DNA of 34,602 nucleotides from Pyrinomonadaceae bacterium (GTDB lineage Bacteria > Acidobacteriota > Blastocatellia > Pyrinomonadales > Pyrinomonadaceae), in assembly GCA_035253525.1 (NCBI GenBank), contig DATFCB010000311.1, positions 1 through 34,602 on the forward strand. The letters are read 5' to 3'. Below are positions 18,593 to 27,227 of this stretch, in pieces. The number at the start of each line of letters is the position of its first letter. Within the stretch, counting starts at the first letter, position 1. A program made the position numbers and the translations under genes. The notes under the pieces are model-generated. The model saw only the letters and a program-made list of their open reading frames with translations, did no database searches and was not told the DNA's origin.

Positions 18593-19719
18593 GCGCCCGC
18601 CTCCGCCGCGTCCGACCAACTCCCGCGCACGAACGGGAGCGATGCGACGCGCGCCGCCGTCTGCGCGCCGTCAGCGCCTGGAACGCGCACCTCTGTATCA
18701 GGCGCGAGGTAATCGTATTTGACGTAGCCGAGCGCGATGGTGCGCTTCAGCGACGGGCTGAAAGTGACGGAGGTGAGGCGGCCGATGGTCTGGCCGTCGG
18801 CGGTCGTGACTTTATCGCCGGGCCTCACTTCCGCGCGCTCGTCGAACGTGAGCCCCGCGAGCCGCTTGGCGACGTGCCCGCGCCAATGTATGCGCGCGAT
18901 AATTTCCTGGCCCACGTAACAGCCCTTCGTAAAACTCAAGGCGTCGTCCGGCACTGCTTCGAGCACGACGTTCGTCTCGTCCATGTCCACGCCGTAACGT
19001 GGAACGCCCGCTTCGACTCGTAACACGTCGAGGGCATCTGTGCCTACGGGCCGCGCACCCGCATTGGTGAGCGCCGACCAGAGCGAGGCCGCGCCGGCTG
19101 CCCCGACTATCAGGTCGAAGCCGTCCTCGGCCGTGTGTGTCGCGCGTATGATGTAAAGCGGCTGGCCGTCCCATTGGTCTAAGGTGTGAACGAGACCGCG
19201 CGCGAGCCTGGCCGCGTCAGAGCCTACCGCCGCCCCGACAACATCAGCCGAGCGTGCGCCCTGCACGGTGACGAGCGCCGTCTCATTCGTCATGTCTCTG
19301 ACGCGGAAATCGCCCGCGAGCGTGAAGCGCTCCAAAGTCTTCAGCACGCGCTCGCGTGTGGCCGCCTCCGTGTCGAAGAGGAAACGGTCCTGACTCAGCC
19401 GCAGGACGCGCGCCGACGCCACGAGCCGCCCCTGCACGTTCGGGAACGCGGCCTGCATCCAGGCTCCTTCCGCCAGGGCTTTGACATCGTTGGTGATGAG
19501 GCCGTTCAGGAACTGCACGGCCTCCGAGCCGCTGACCTCTATCCGCCCGCGCGCAGACAAATCGCTCAGCCCGGCCCCACCCTCACGCACGGCCGCGTAC
19601 TCTGCCGCCGCGTCACCGTAAGACGCCGGCACGCCTTCCCTCATCGTCGCGCCCAGCCGTTCGTGCGTCTCGTCGAGCGGGGATTTGTGAATTGCGGTTT
19701 GTTCGGTTAGCTCAGCCAT
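18589..19719 (-). CDS. ygfZ: folate-binding YgfZ / GcvT-family protein
   Basis: The sequence is aminomethyltransferase-fold-like (SDLSARGRIEVSGSEAVQFLNGLITNDV) and carries the YgfZ signature KGCYVGQEIIARIHWRG. Confidence 0.85.
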   Translation of the reverse strand: MAELTEQTAIHKSPLDETHERLGATMREGVPASYGDAAAEYAAVREGGAGLSDLSARGRIEVSGSEAVQFLNGLITNDVKALAEGAWMQAAFPNVQGRLVASARVLRLSQDRFLFDTEAATRERVLKTLERFTLAGDFRVRDMTNETALVTVQGARSADVVGAAVGSDAARLARGLVHTLDQWDGQPLYIIRATHTAEDGFDLIVGAAGAASLWSALTNAGARPVGTDALDVLRVEAGVPRYGVDMDETNVVLEAVPDDALSFTKGCYVGQEIIARIHWRGHVAKRLAGLTFDERAEVRPGDKVTTADGQTIGRLTSVTFSPSLKRTIALGYVKYDYLAPDTEVRVPGADGAQTAARVASLPFVRGSWSDAAEAGA

Positions 19720-19746
19720 TAACTCTTAGCCCCGTCAGAGGCGACT

Positions 19747-19894
19747 GAAAATAGCCCAGCACTTCAGTGCTGGGAATCGTACCCGAAATTTGATTCGAGT
19801 CCCGTAGGGACGATTGAAAATTTCAGCCGTCCCTACGGGACTCGACAATTATTACCACTCTGTTCCCAGCACTGAAGTGCTGGGCTATTTTCAC
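19747..19894. repeat. 148-bp nested palindromic (MITE/REP-like) element
   Basis: The outer 30-nt arms 19747..19776 and 19865..19894 are exact reverse complements, and each contains its own palindrome CCCAGCAC-TTCA/TGAA-GTGCTGGG. The inner 18-bp arms 19796..19813 TCGAGTCCCGTAGGGACG and 19829..19846 are also exact. Confidence 0.9.
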
Positions 19895-19934
19895 GCCGTC
19901 CCTGATGCGACGAATTAAAGCTCCCTGACTCCTG

Positions 19935-20606
19935 TCACTTCAATTTCGTCAACTCTTCTCTGAGGCGGCTGTAGTCGTTCGCGTCGCCGGCCTTGAAGTC
20001 CAGGTTGACGTAGCGGACGACGCCTTCCTTGTCTATCAGGAAGACGGTGCGCTTGTTGTAGCCTGCGTTCTCCATGTAGCTGTCGTAGAGGCGCGCGACC
20101 TTGTGGTCGTGGTCGGAGAGAAGCGGGAACTGTAGCTTATGAAACTTGGCCCACTCGTGGTGCGAGAAGACGTAATCGCCGCTGATGCCCAGCACCGTCG
20201 CATTGAGCTTCGATAGTTCCGCGAAGGTGTCGCGTAGCGTGCAGACCTCTTTCGTGCAGCCGCCCGACCAGTCTGCGGGGTAGAAGGCCAGGATCACGTT
20301 CTTGCCGCGCTGCCCAGAGAGCGACAGGTGCTCCTCCGGCTTGAGATAAATCTGCTCCTGCGTGGCGTAAGGCAGCTTGAAGTCCGGCGCTGCCTGCCCG
20401 ACCTTCGGAGCGCCCGAGACGCCCGCGCCGTCGCTCTTCGCCTCCGCCGCCGTGCCGCCAGCAGCGCCCGCCGCCGTCCCTGCGGCGTTCTGAGATTGAG
20501 CCTGCGCGCACCCCGCGAGGAGCAGGCCGAGCGCGGCTAAAAGAACTACGGCGAAAGCGTGCGACGCCTTCGTGAACATCATTGACCGAGTCTCAGTTGT
20601 CTTCAT
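19935..20606 (-). CDS. lipoprotein peroxiredoxin (Bcp/PrxQ-type AhpC/TSA family)
   Basis: The lipobox is LLLAGC, followed by an Ala/Gly-rich linker. The active site is FYPADWSGGCTKEVCTL (C-x4-C). GAGG lies 9 nt upstream of the ATG. Confidence 0.88.
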   Translation of the reverse strand: MKTTETRSMMFTKASHAFAVVLLAALGLLLAGCAQAQSQNAAGTAAGAAGGTAAEAKSDGAGVSGAPKVGQAAPDFKLPYATQEQIYLKPEEHLSLSGQRGKNVILAFYPADWSGGCTKEVCTLRDTFAELSKLNATVLGISGDYVFSHHEWAKFHKLQFPLLSDHDHKVARLYDSYMENAGYNKRTVFLIDKEGVVRYVNLDFKAGDANDYSRLREELTKLK

Positions 20607-20615
20607 CTTTGTACC

Positions 20616-21248
20616 TCACTTCGTGCGGGCCGCGCGCGCTCGCGTTGTGCGCTCAAGCGCGCGGGCGATTGCCTGGTAGTCGCGCAGTTGCGCGTCCTCG
20701 CGGCGGTGCGAGGCGAGCACCTGTGGGCTGGGGTGATAGACGGGGACGAGTAAGCGCCCGTTCCACTCGTGCACGCTGCCCGCGTTTTCTTTCAGAGTCA
20801 ACTCATGATACTCAACCGCCTTGAGCGCGGCAAGCGAGACCGCGCCGAGCGTGACGACGACCGGTGGGTCTAAAATCTCTAACTGGCGGCGCAAGAATGG
20901 AGAGCAGTTGGAAACTTCTGTTGACGTAGGCTTGCGGTTCGCGCCGCTACTTTTGCGCGGGTTGCAGAGCGCGGCATTGGTGATAAAGATTTCCTCGCGC
21001 GCGAGGTTGATTGAAAGAAGATAGCGGCCGAAGTTGCGGCCCGACTGGTCGCCCGAGAAGGGGACGCGTGTGCGGTCGCCGCCCTGGCGGCCGGGCGCTT
21101 CGCCTATGAAGAGGACGCGCGGCGTGAGGCTCCCGTTGCGCTCGCTCAAGACGGCCGTGCGCCCGCACATGGCCGGGCACAGGCGGCACGCGGCGGCCTC
21201 CAATGCGAGGGCCGCGAACAATTTCTCTCTCGCCTCCGCTCGCGTCAC
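20616..21248 (-). CDS. uracil-DNA glycosylase superfamily protein, family-4-like
   Basis: CRLCP Cys pair near the N-terminus, motif A FIGEAPG and motif B VYHPSPQ. The GTG start overlaps the upstream stop (GTGA). Confidence 0.82.
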   Translation of the reverse strand: MTRAEAREKLFAALALEAAACRLCPAMCGRTAVLSERNGSLTPRVLFIGEAPGRQGGDRTRVPFSGDQSGRNFGRYLLSINLAREEIFITNAALCNPRKSSGANRKPTSTEVSNCSPFLRRQLEILDPPVVVTLGAVSLAALKAVEYHELTLKENAGSVHEWNGRLLVPVYHPSPQVLASHRREDAQLRDYQAIARALERTTRARAARTK

Positions 21249-21892
21249 TTCTTGGAGATGGATGCCCCGCCGCTCACGTTTTCGCTGACGTTCTTAGGGT
21301 CGCCGTAGTAGTTGACAGTGCCCGCGCCGGACGCGCTGACGCGCAGGTCTTCCGACGCGTAAACGTCCGCCTCGGCCGCGCCGCTCGAATTGACAGACAC
21401 CCTCTCGGCGCGCAGGTCTTTGGTGTCTATCTGGCCCGCGCCGGAGATTTGGAGGTCAAGCGCTTTCGCAAAGCCTGAGATTTTGAGCGTGCCCGCGCCG
21501 GAAGTGGAGACGTTGAAGTCGTCGCTCTTCACGTTGGAGACGACGATGTCGCTCGCGCCGGAAGTCGAGACGCCGTCGAGTTGCGGGACGGAGATGCGCA
21601 CGCGAATCGCGGTCTTCGTCGAGTAGGACTCAGCATTGTAGATGTCCAGCACGCCGTCTTTAACCTCCGTTCGGACACGCGGAAGCACATTGTCGTCGCC
21701 CTCTATCTCCAGTCCCGGCTCCTGCTGCGCGACAATCTCCATATCGTAAGCGCCCGAGACGTTCACGGCCTTGAATCCAGAGACACTTCTCTTCTCAAGC
21801 TGAATCTTCCCGGACCCGCTCGGCCCCTTATGAAACAACTGACACCCGCCCAACGCCGCCCCCAACGCCAGCAAACAAATCGTCCTCTTCAT
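21245..21892 (-). CDS. DUF2807 (putative auto-transporter adhesin head GIN domain) lipoprotein
   Basis: MKRTICLLALGAALGGCQ lipobox. ATG 21892 follows GGAGG by 6 nt. Repetitive beta-strand segments are present (VSGAYDMEIV..., VSTSGASDIVV, VSTSGAGTLKISG, ISGAGQIDT, SSGAAEADVY, ASGAGTVNYYG). The track start at 21973 runs through the hairpin, so I rejected it. Confidence 0.8.
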   Translation of the reverse strand: MKRTICLLALGAALGGCQLFHKGPSGSGKIQLEKRSVSGFKAVNVSGAYDMEIVAQQEPGLEIEGDDNVLPRVRTEVKDGVLDIYNAESYSTKTAIRVRISVPQLDGVSTSGASDIVVSNVKSDDFNVSTSGAGTLKISGFAKALDLQISGAGQIDTKDLRAERVSVNSSGAAEADVYASEDLRVSASGAGTVNYYGDPKNVSENVSGGASISKK

Positions 21893-21915
21893 CACAACCT
21901 CCATAAAAAGTGATA

Positions 21916-21981
21916 AGTGATCAGTGATCAGTGATGAGTAAAAGAAAGAGTGTTTTAACTTATCACTCATCACTTATCACT
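21916..21981. repeat. heptamer-arm hairpin (GTGATCA/GTGATGA/GTGATAA units): 24-position stem with 2 mismatches and 1 G-U
   Basis: 21916..21939 pairs with 21958..21981 ACTTATCACTCATCACTTATCACT. The right arm overlaps the last codons and the stop of the upstream hydrolase gene. Confidence 0.8.
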
Positions 21982-23640
21982 GCTTTTCAATATCACCGAA
22001 TTGGTGTTGCCCTGTCCGTCGTTTTCGCTGGTCGGGTTGGCCGGGTCCGTGATCCAGTTGCCGTCGATGACGAACTTGTAAGTGTATTTTCCGGGCTTGA
22101 GGTCAACGCGGCAAATCCATTCGTCGCCCTCGTGAGCGCACAAGGTCTGCGACTGGTTCCAACTGTTGAACGTCCCGGCCAGCGCCACGATGTTGGCATT
22201 CGCGTAGCCCTTTAATTTGAACGTCGTGTTGCCCGCCACGCTCGGCGCGGGCAGGTTCAATTTGCGCGCCTGTGCGTCCGCCGGCCCGACGCCGCGAATC
22301 AGGACGCCCGTCGTCTCGCCCTTCTCATTCTTCTGGAAGATGAAATGCACGTCGCCGCCATCGTCGAAGTCGTAGAACTCGGTTTCCGAGACGGCCACGA
22401 ATCTGTGCCTATCGCTGTGGGAAGGCTTAATCAGAAGCTCGCCGTTCCCGGTCGTCACGTCGAAGACTATGTTGCCGAGCTTCGGGTCCAGCTCGTACCT
22501 TCCGGCGTAACGCGCCAGCACCTGCGCGTCAACTTTAGCGGCCGGCGGCATGACAACTTTATCCGAGAGCGCGAGGCGCGCGAGCCGCGTCTCGATCTGC
22601 GTGGTCGGGGTGCCGTTCTCGATGTTGCTCAAGACGATGAAGGTCGCGCGCTCCGAAGGGAACCAGGCCATGTAGGTGTTGAAGCCGTTGATGCCGCCGC
22701 TGTGCCCTATGCGCGCCAACTTGAACTGCGTGTCCACGCCGATGCCGTAAGCGTAGTAGTCCTTGACGAGTGTCAGCATCGCGTCGAGCGATTTCTGCGT
22801 CAGGAGCTTCCCGCCGAAGAGTCCCTGCCCCCAGAGGTAGAGATCTTCCACGGTCGAGTAGAGCGCGCCGGCCGCGTGCGGGATGGTCATGTCCAGGTAG
22901 GGCGCGTTCGTCAGGCCGTTGGGTCCGACCCTGTAGCCCGAGGCGCGGCCCTTGAGGATTTCGCTCGTCACGTCCGCGCCTGTGTTTTTCATCCCGAGCG
23001 GCACGAAGATGTGCTCGCGCATAAACTGGTCGTAAGATTTGCTGGAAACTTTTTCGAGGATGTAGCCCAGCAGCACGAAGCCAGAGTTGCTGTAGCTGAA
23101 GCGCTCGCCCGGCACGAACTCCAGGGGCTTGTCCCTGAAGCGCGCGAGTGTCTCGGGGATAGTGGTCGGGAGCGTCATCGCCTTCTGATAGTCCGGGAAG
23201 CCCGTGAAGTTCGGGATGCCGGAGGTGTGCGACAGCAGATTGTGAATCGTGATGGGCTGCCAAGCCGCGGGGCAGTTCTCGACGTACTTGCAAATGGAAT
23301 CCTGCACATTGAGCTTGCCCTGCTCCTGCAAGAGCAGAATGCTTGCGGCGGTGAATTGTTTCGTGATCGAGCCGAGGCGGAACTTGGTCTGCGGCGTGTT
23401 GGGGACTTCCAGCTCCGCGTTCGCGAATCCGTAGCCCTTGCTCAGGAGCACGCGCCCGTCGCGCGCCACGAGGACTGCGCCGCTGAAGCGGTTCTGTTTG
23501 GCGAGGTCGCTCAGGTAGTCATTAACCTGCGCCGCCCACTCGGGCGCGGGGGCAGTTTGCGCCGCGCAACTGATGACGGCGACGAGCGAGAGCACGGCGA
23601 CCGCAACGGCCCTCCTGCCGGCATTTGTGAACGTCTTCAT
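21970..23640 (-). CDS. secreted beta-lactamase-fold serine hydrolase with C-terminal CBM48/AMPK-beta-like glycogen-binding module
   Basis: Has a signal peptide. Class-C-type motifs are present: S-x-x-K (GSITKQF), Y-x-N (YSNSG) and HSGG. The C-terminus LKGYANANIVALAGTFNSWN...GKYTYKFVIDGNWITDPANP looks like an E-set/CBM48 module. Confidence 0.85.
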   Translation of the reverse strand: MKTFTNAGRRAVAVAVLSLVAVISCAAQTAPAPEWAAQVNDYLSDLAKQNRFSGAVLVARDGRVLLSKGYGFANAELEVPNTPQTKFRLGSITKQFTAASILLLQEQGKLNVQDSICKYVENCPAAWQPITIHNLLSHTSGIPNFTGFPDYQKAMTLPTTIPETLARFRDKPLEFVPGERFSYSNSGFVLLGYILEKVSSKSYDQFMREHIFVPLGMKNTGADVTSEILKGRASGYRVGPNGLTNAPYLDMTIPHAAGALYSTVEDLYLWGQGLFGGKLLTQKSLDAMLTLVKDYYAYGIGVDTQFKLARIGHSGGINGFNTYMAWFPSERATFIVLSNIENGTPTTQIETRLARLALSDKVVMPPAAKVDAQVLARYAGRYELDPKLGNIVFDVTTGNGELLIKPSHSDRHRFVAVSETEFYDFDDGGDVHFIFQKNEKGETTGVLIRGVGPADAQARKLNLPAPSVAGNTTFKLKGYANANIVALAGTFNSWNQSQTLCAHEGDEWICRVDLKPGKYTYKFVIDGNWITDPANPTSENDGQGNTNSVILKSSDK

Positions 23641-23747
23641 GGCTCTTTCACCTCAGCTTTCGTGAGACGATTATTTGCTTTACCCCATACGAGACAGCAC
23701 GGCCCTGTGTTCGCATCCTACAATATAACGACGCGCAGGGCCGCTTA

Positions 23748-24905
23748 TTACACGGGGCCGCCCCGTGCTGTCTTCTCCTTGAGTCCGTCGCTAACCAATC
23801 TGATGCCGAGGACGAAGAAGAAGATGGCGAAGGCGGGCGCGAGGAGCACGAGCGGCTGGCGGGCCAGCAGATTGCTGTCGCTCGCCTCGGCCAGCATGTT
23901 GCCCCAACTGGCCTCCGGCACTTGCGGCCCCGCGCCAAAGTAGGAGAGAGCTGTCTCCGTCAGGAGGAAGAAGGGCAGCATCAGCGTCACCTGCACGACG
24001 AGCGGCCGCGCCGCGTTCGGCAGGATGTGCCGAAACAAGATGCGCGACTTCGAGAGGCCCAGACTCTCGGCCGCCAGGACGAACTCGCGCTTGCGCAGGG
24101 CCAGCACGAGCCCGCGCGTGAGGCGCGCCATCTCGGCCCAGCCGATGAGCGCGAAGATTATGACCATCAAGAGCGCCGCCTGGCCTATGGGCAGGCTCAG
24201 CGGAAAGGCGGCGCGCGCAGCCAGTATCAAGACCAGGGCCGGCAGCGCCATCATCGCGTCGGCCACGCGCATCAGGACCGCGTCGAGCGCGCGCCCGCCG
24301 AAGCCCGCGACGCAACCCAGAAAGATGCCGAGCGCGCTTGCCAACAAAGTCCCCAGCGGGCCGACTACGAGCGAGAAGCGCGAGGCTATGAGCAGGCGCG
24401 AGAGGCGGTCGCGCCCGTTCCGGTCCGTCCCGAGCAAGCGCACGCGCGTCCCATCTTCCGCGTCGCCGTCGCGCAGGCCGAAGAGATGTTTTCGGGACTC
24501 GAAGAGGCCGAACAGCTTGTACGAATAACCCGTCGTGAAGAGCGCGAGCGGGTGGGCGCGCGCCGCGTCTTCACCGTAGATGCGTTGCAGCGAGTCAACC
24601 AGCCGGCGCTCGTAGATGAACGGCCGCATGTGCCAATTTCCTTGCGCGTCGCGGAAACTGATTGGACTCGGCGGGGACAACTTCTCCCAACGTGACTGCG
24701 CGCGGTAATCGTAAGGGGCCAGAAAGTCAGCGAAGATTGCGACCGCGTAGAAGAGGATGATGATACTGAGCCCGGCGACGAAACGCTTGCGGCGGCGCAC
24801 GAACCTGAGGCCGCGCGTGAGGCGCGAGCGGGGCCGCGAACCTTCCTGCGGTGGAGAAGCAGGAAGGTTCGCGTCGTCCGTTCGCACTGTCGCCGCTTTC
24901 GTCAT
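23748..24905 (-). CDS. peptide/nickel ABC transporter permease (DppC/OppC-like)
   Basis: It has the N-terminal OppC-type segment (FVAGLSIIILFYAVAIFADFLAPYDY) and the EAA-like region AAESLGLSKSRILFRHILPNA. ATG 24905 lies 7 nt after the upstream stop. Confidence 0.87.
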   Translation of the reverse strand: MTKAATVRTDDANLPASPPQEGSRPRSRLTRGLRFVRRRKRFVAGLSIIILFYAVAIFADFLAPYDYRAQSRWEKLSPPSPISFRDAQGNWHMRPFIYERRLVDSLQRIYGEDAARAHPLALFTTGYSYKLFGLFESRKHLFGLRDGDAEDGTRVRLLGTDRNGRDRLSRLLIASRFSLVVGPLGTLLASALGIFLGCVAGFGGRALDAVLMRVADAMMALPALVLILAARAAFPLSLPIGQAALLMVIIFALIGWAEMARLTRGLVLALRKREFVLAAESLGLSKSRILFRHILPNAARPLVVQVTLMLPFFLLTETALSYFGAGPQVPEASWGNMLAEASDSNLLARQPLVLLAPAFAIFFFVLGIRLVSDGLKEKTARGGPV

Positions 24906-24912
24906 CCCTTTA

Positions 24913-25875
24913 TCAAACGGCCGCGCGCGCGACCCGGCCCTCCTCTTCACGCAGCCGCGGGTCATTCACCCTGAGCATGATGTCCGCGATGAGATTGCCT
25001 ATGAGCACGGCCGTCGAGGTGACGAGCACGACACCCATCAGGAGCGGCACGTCGCGGGCACCGAGCGCGTCCACGCTCAATCGCCCGAGCCCTTCGCGGT
25101 TGAAGACGCTTTCGACGATGACGGACCCGCTGATGAGCCCGCCCAGGCTGTAGCCGAAGATGGTAATCAGCGGGTTGAGCGCGGCGCGCAGCGCGTGACG
25201 CAAGGTGACGACCCTCTCCGCGAGCCCCTTCGAGCGCGCCACCTGCACGAACTCTTCGCGCAGCGCAGAGCCTAACCCGTCGCGCACCTGTGCCAGAAAA
25301 ATCGCTATCAGCGGGACCGCGAGCACGAACGCCGGCACGAGGAGTCCCAATGCGGATGAGGCCGCGCCCGCAGCCTCGCCCCCGAAGGCGAAGATGCCCG
25401 TGCGCGCGGCGAACGCCAGCGCGACGAGCGCCAGCACGATGCGCGGCGTCGAAGACGCGAGCAGGATGAGAGCGCCGCACAACTTGTCCAGAAGGCCGCG
25501 CGGCCGTCGAGCCGCCGCCGAGCCGAGCGGGAGGGCCACGGCCCACGCGAGCACGAGCGCGACGACGGCGAGCGAGAGCGTCGCGGGCAGATGTCGCCAG
25601 ATGACTTGCCCGACCGCCTGCCGCTTGGAGATGGACTCGCCCAACTCACCCCGCGCCGCGCCCGCGAGCCAGCGCCCATAGCGCACCGCGAGCGGCTGAT
25701 CCAGTCCGTAGATGCGCCGCTGCTCGATAATCGTCTCCGGCCTCACGCGCGCGTCATTCTGCAAAGCCGACAGCGCGTCGCCCCCCGCCGCCGCCAACAT
25801 CACGAACGTCAGGACCGAGACGACCAGCAGGACGACGATTCCCTGCAACAGTCTTGAGACTATTAATTTCAGCAC
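24913..25875 (-). CDS. peptide/nickel ABC transporter permease (DppB/OppB-like)
   Basis: The N-terminus MLKLIVSRLLQGIVVLLVVSVLTFVML is typical, and the sequence also contains ...VARSKGLAERVVTLRHALR. GTG start. Confidence 0.87.
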   Translation of the reverse strand: MLKLIVSRLLQGIVVLLVVSVLTFVMLAAAGGDALSALQNDARVRPETIIEQRRIYGLDQPLAVRYGRWLAGAARGELGESISKRQAVGQVIWRHLPATLSLAVVALVLAWAVALPLGSAAARRPRGLLDKLCGALILLASSTPRIVLALVALAFAARTGIFAFGGEAAGAASSALGLLVPAFVLAVPLIAIFLAQVRDGLGSALREEFVQVARSKGLAERVVTLRHALRAALNPLITIFGYSLGGLISGSVIVESVFNREGLGRLSVDALGARDVPLLMGVVLVTSTAVLIGNLIADIMLRVNDPRLREEEGRVARAAV

Positions 25876-26039
25876 GAGCGGAGTCGAAAGCCTTTTCGAT
25901 GTCAGCCGCCTGTTCCCGGCGGCCGAGAAAAGTTCAAAGGTTATCTACCATCTATCCCCGAGCGGCGACAAGAGTCGGCCGTAGCAGAGGTTGCTCTATG
26001 GTTCTTGACCTGAAAAAAAGAGAGACGTAAGCTCAGGCC

Positions 26040-26267
26040 ATGAATTACAAAGATTACATTACTATTGAACCCGATAAGCGTGGCGGTAAGCCTTGCATTC
26101 GGGGCATGCGGATTACTGTTCAGGATGTTCTTGAGTATTTGGCTTCCGGTATGACCGAAGAGGAAATCCTGGATGATTTCCCTGACCTCACACGCGAGGA
26201 TATTCAGGCTTGTTTGGCGTTTGCCGCGGACCGTGAGCGTAAGCTCATCACCGTACCAGCCGCGTGA
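26040..26267 (+). CDS. DUF433 domain protein (antitoxin-like)
   Basis: ITIEPDKRGGKPCIRGMRITVQDVLEYLASGMTEEEILDDFPDLTREDIQACLAFA is a textbook DUF433 sequence. GC is about 50% by hand count, well below the flanking genes. Confidence 0.8.
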   Translation: MNYKDYITIEPDKRGGKPCIRGMRITVQDVLEYLASGMTEEEILDDFPDLTREDIQACLAFAADRERKLITVPAA

Positions 26268-26286
26268 AACTGCTAAAGGAGAAAGC

Positions 26287-27123
26287 ATGCGTGACCAACT
26301 CGCGACCTTGTTCAGCTTAGTTTTTGTGAGCGCGGTCATCGTCTCTGGACAGGAGCGCACCGTGATTCCCGCCGTCTCGCAGCAAGCGCCCGCGCGCGCG
26401 GAGGTGCTGGTGCTTGGCGTGTATCACATGGCGAACCCTGGGCAGGACATTTTCAACATGAAGGCGGACGACGTGCTCGCGCCGAAGCGTCAGGCGGAGA
26501 TGGCGCGGGTGATTGAAGTCCTGAAGAAATTCAACCCGACGAAGATCGCGGTGGAGCGCAACGCAGGGGACAAGCGCATTGAGAAGGACTACGCGGACTA
26601 CCTGGCCGGTAAGCATGAATTGACGCGCAACGAGATCGAGCAGTTGGGCTTCCGCCTCGCCAAAGAACTAGGGCACAAGACGGTGCACGCGGTGGACGCC
26701 GACGGCGAGTTCCCGTACCTGCGCGTCATCAGCTACGCCAAGGCGAGCGGCCGGACGAAGGAGCTGGACGCGATGAATGGCGAGGTCGCCGCGATGGTCA
26801 AAGCGCAGGACGAGTACCTGGCCTCGCACAGCATCCTCGAAACGCTGCTCTACATGAACGCCGACGACAAGGTCACGCAGAGCCAGGGCCTGTACTACCG
26901 CATGGCGCACTTGGGCGAGCCCTACGACTGGGCCGGTGCGGACCTGATGGCCGACTGGTTCCGGCGCAACATGCGCATCTATAGCAACGTCGTGCGGATC
27001 ATCGACTCCCCGAACGAGCGCGTGCTGGTCATCTTCGGCGCAGGCCACCTCCCCTGGCTGCAATACAACTTCGGCAGCGACCCCACCTTGCGCCTGCGCA
27101 AGCTCGCCGAGTTCGCCAGGTAA
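26287..27123 (+). CDS. secreted DUF5694-like protein (family assignment from memory)
   Basis: ATG 26287 follows AAGGAG. After a signal peptide comes VLVLGVYHMANPGQDIFNMKADDVLAPKRQAEMARVIEVLKKFNPTKIAVE and later VIFGAGH. The track start at 26173 overlaps the DUF433 gene, so I rejected it. Confidence 0.65.
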   Translation: MRDQLATLFSLVFVSAVIVSGQERTVIPAVSQQAPARAEVLVLGVYHMANPGQDIFNMKADDVLAPKRQAEMARVIEVLKKFNPTKIAVERNAGDKRIEKDYADYLAGKHELTRNEIEQLGFRLAKELGHKTVHAVDADGEFPYLRVISYAKASGRTKELDAMNGEVAAMVKAQDEYLASHSILETLLYMNADDKVTQSQGLYYRMAHLGEPYDWAGADLMADWFRRNMRIYSNVVRIIDSPNERVLVIFGAGHLPWLQYNFGSDPTLRLRKLAEFAR

Positions 27124-27146
27124 GCTCAGACTAAATTGTGCGCCCT

Positions 27147-27173
27147 TTGACATCCGCGCCGCGAGGTTATAAG
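27147..27173 (+). promoter_or_regulatory. possible sigma70-type promoter for the AP2 gene
   Basis: TTGACA 27147..27152, then TATAAG 27168..27173. The 15-nt spacer is shorter than optimal. Confidence 0.3.
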
Positions 27174-27227
27174 TTCTTACCACTCACCGGAAAAATTTAA
27201 TCGCGAGGAGAGAAGCTCAGAAGGCTT

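Noticed and set aside
22345-23943. 532-aa plus-strand ORF
   Set aside because: It lies antisense to the beta-lactamase-fold hydrolase and the end of the DppC gene. The Arg/Glu/Val-rich composition is typical of a shadow ORF.
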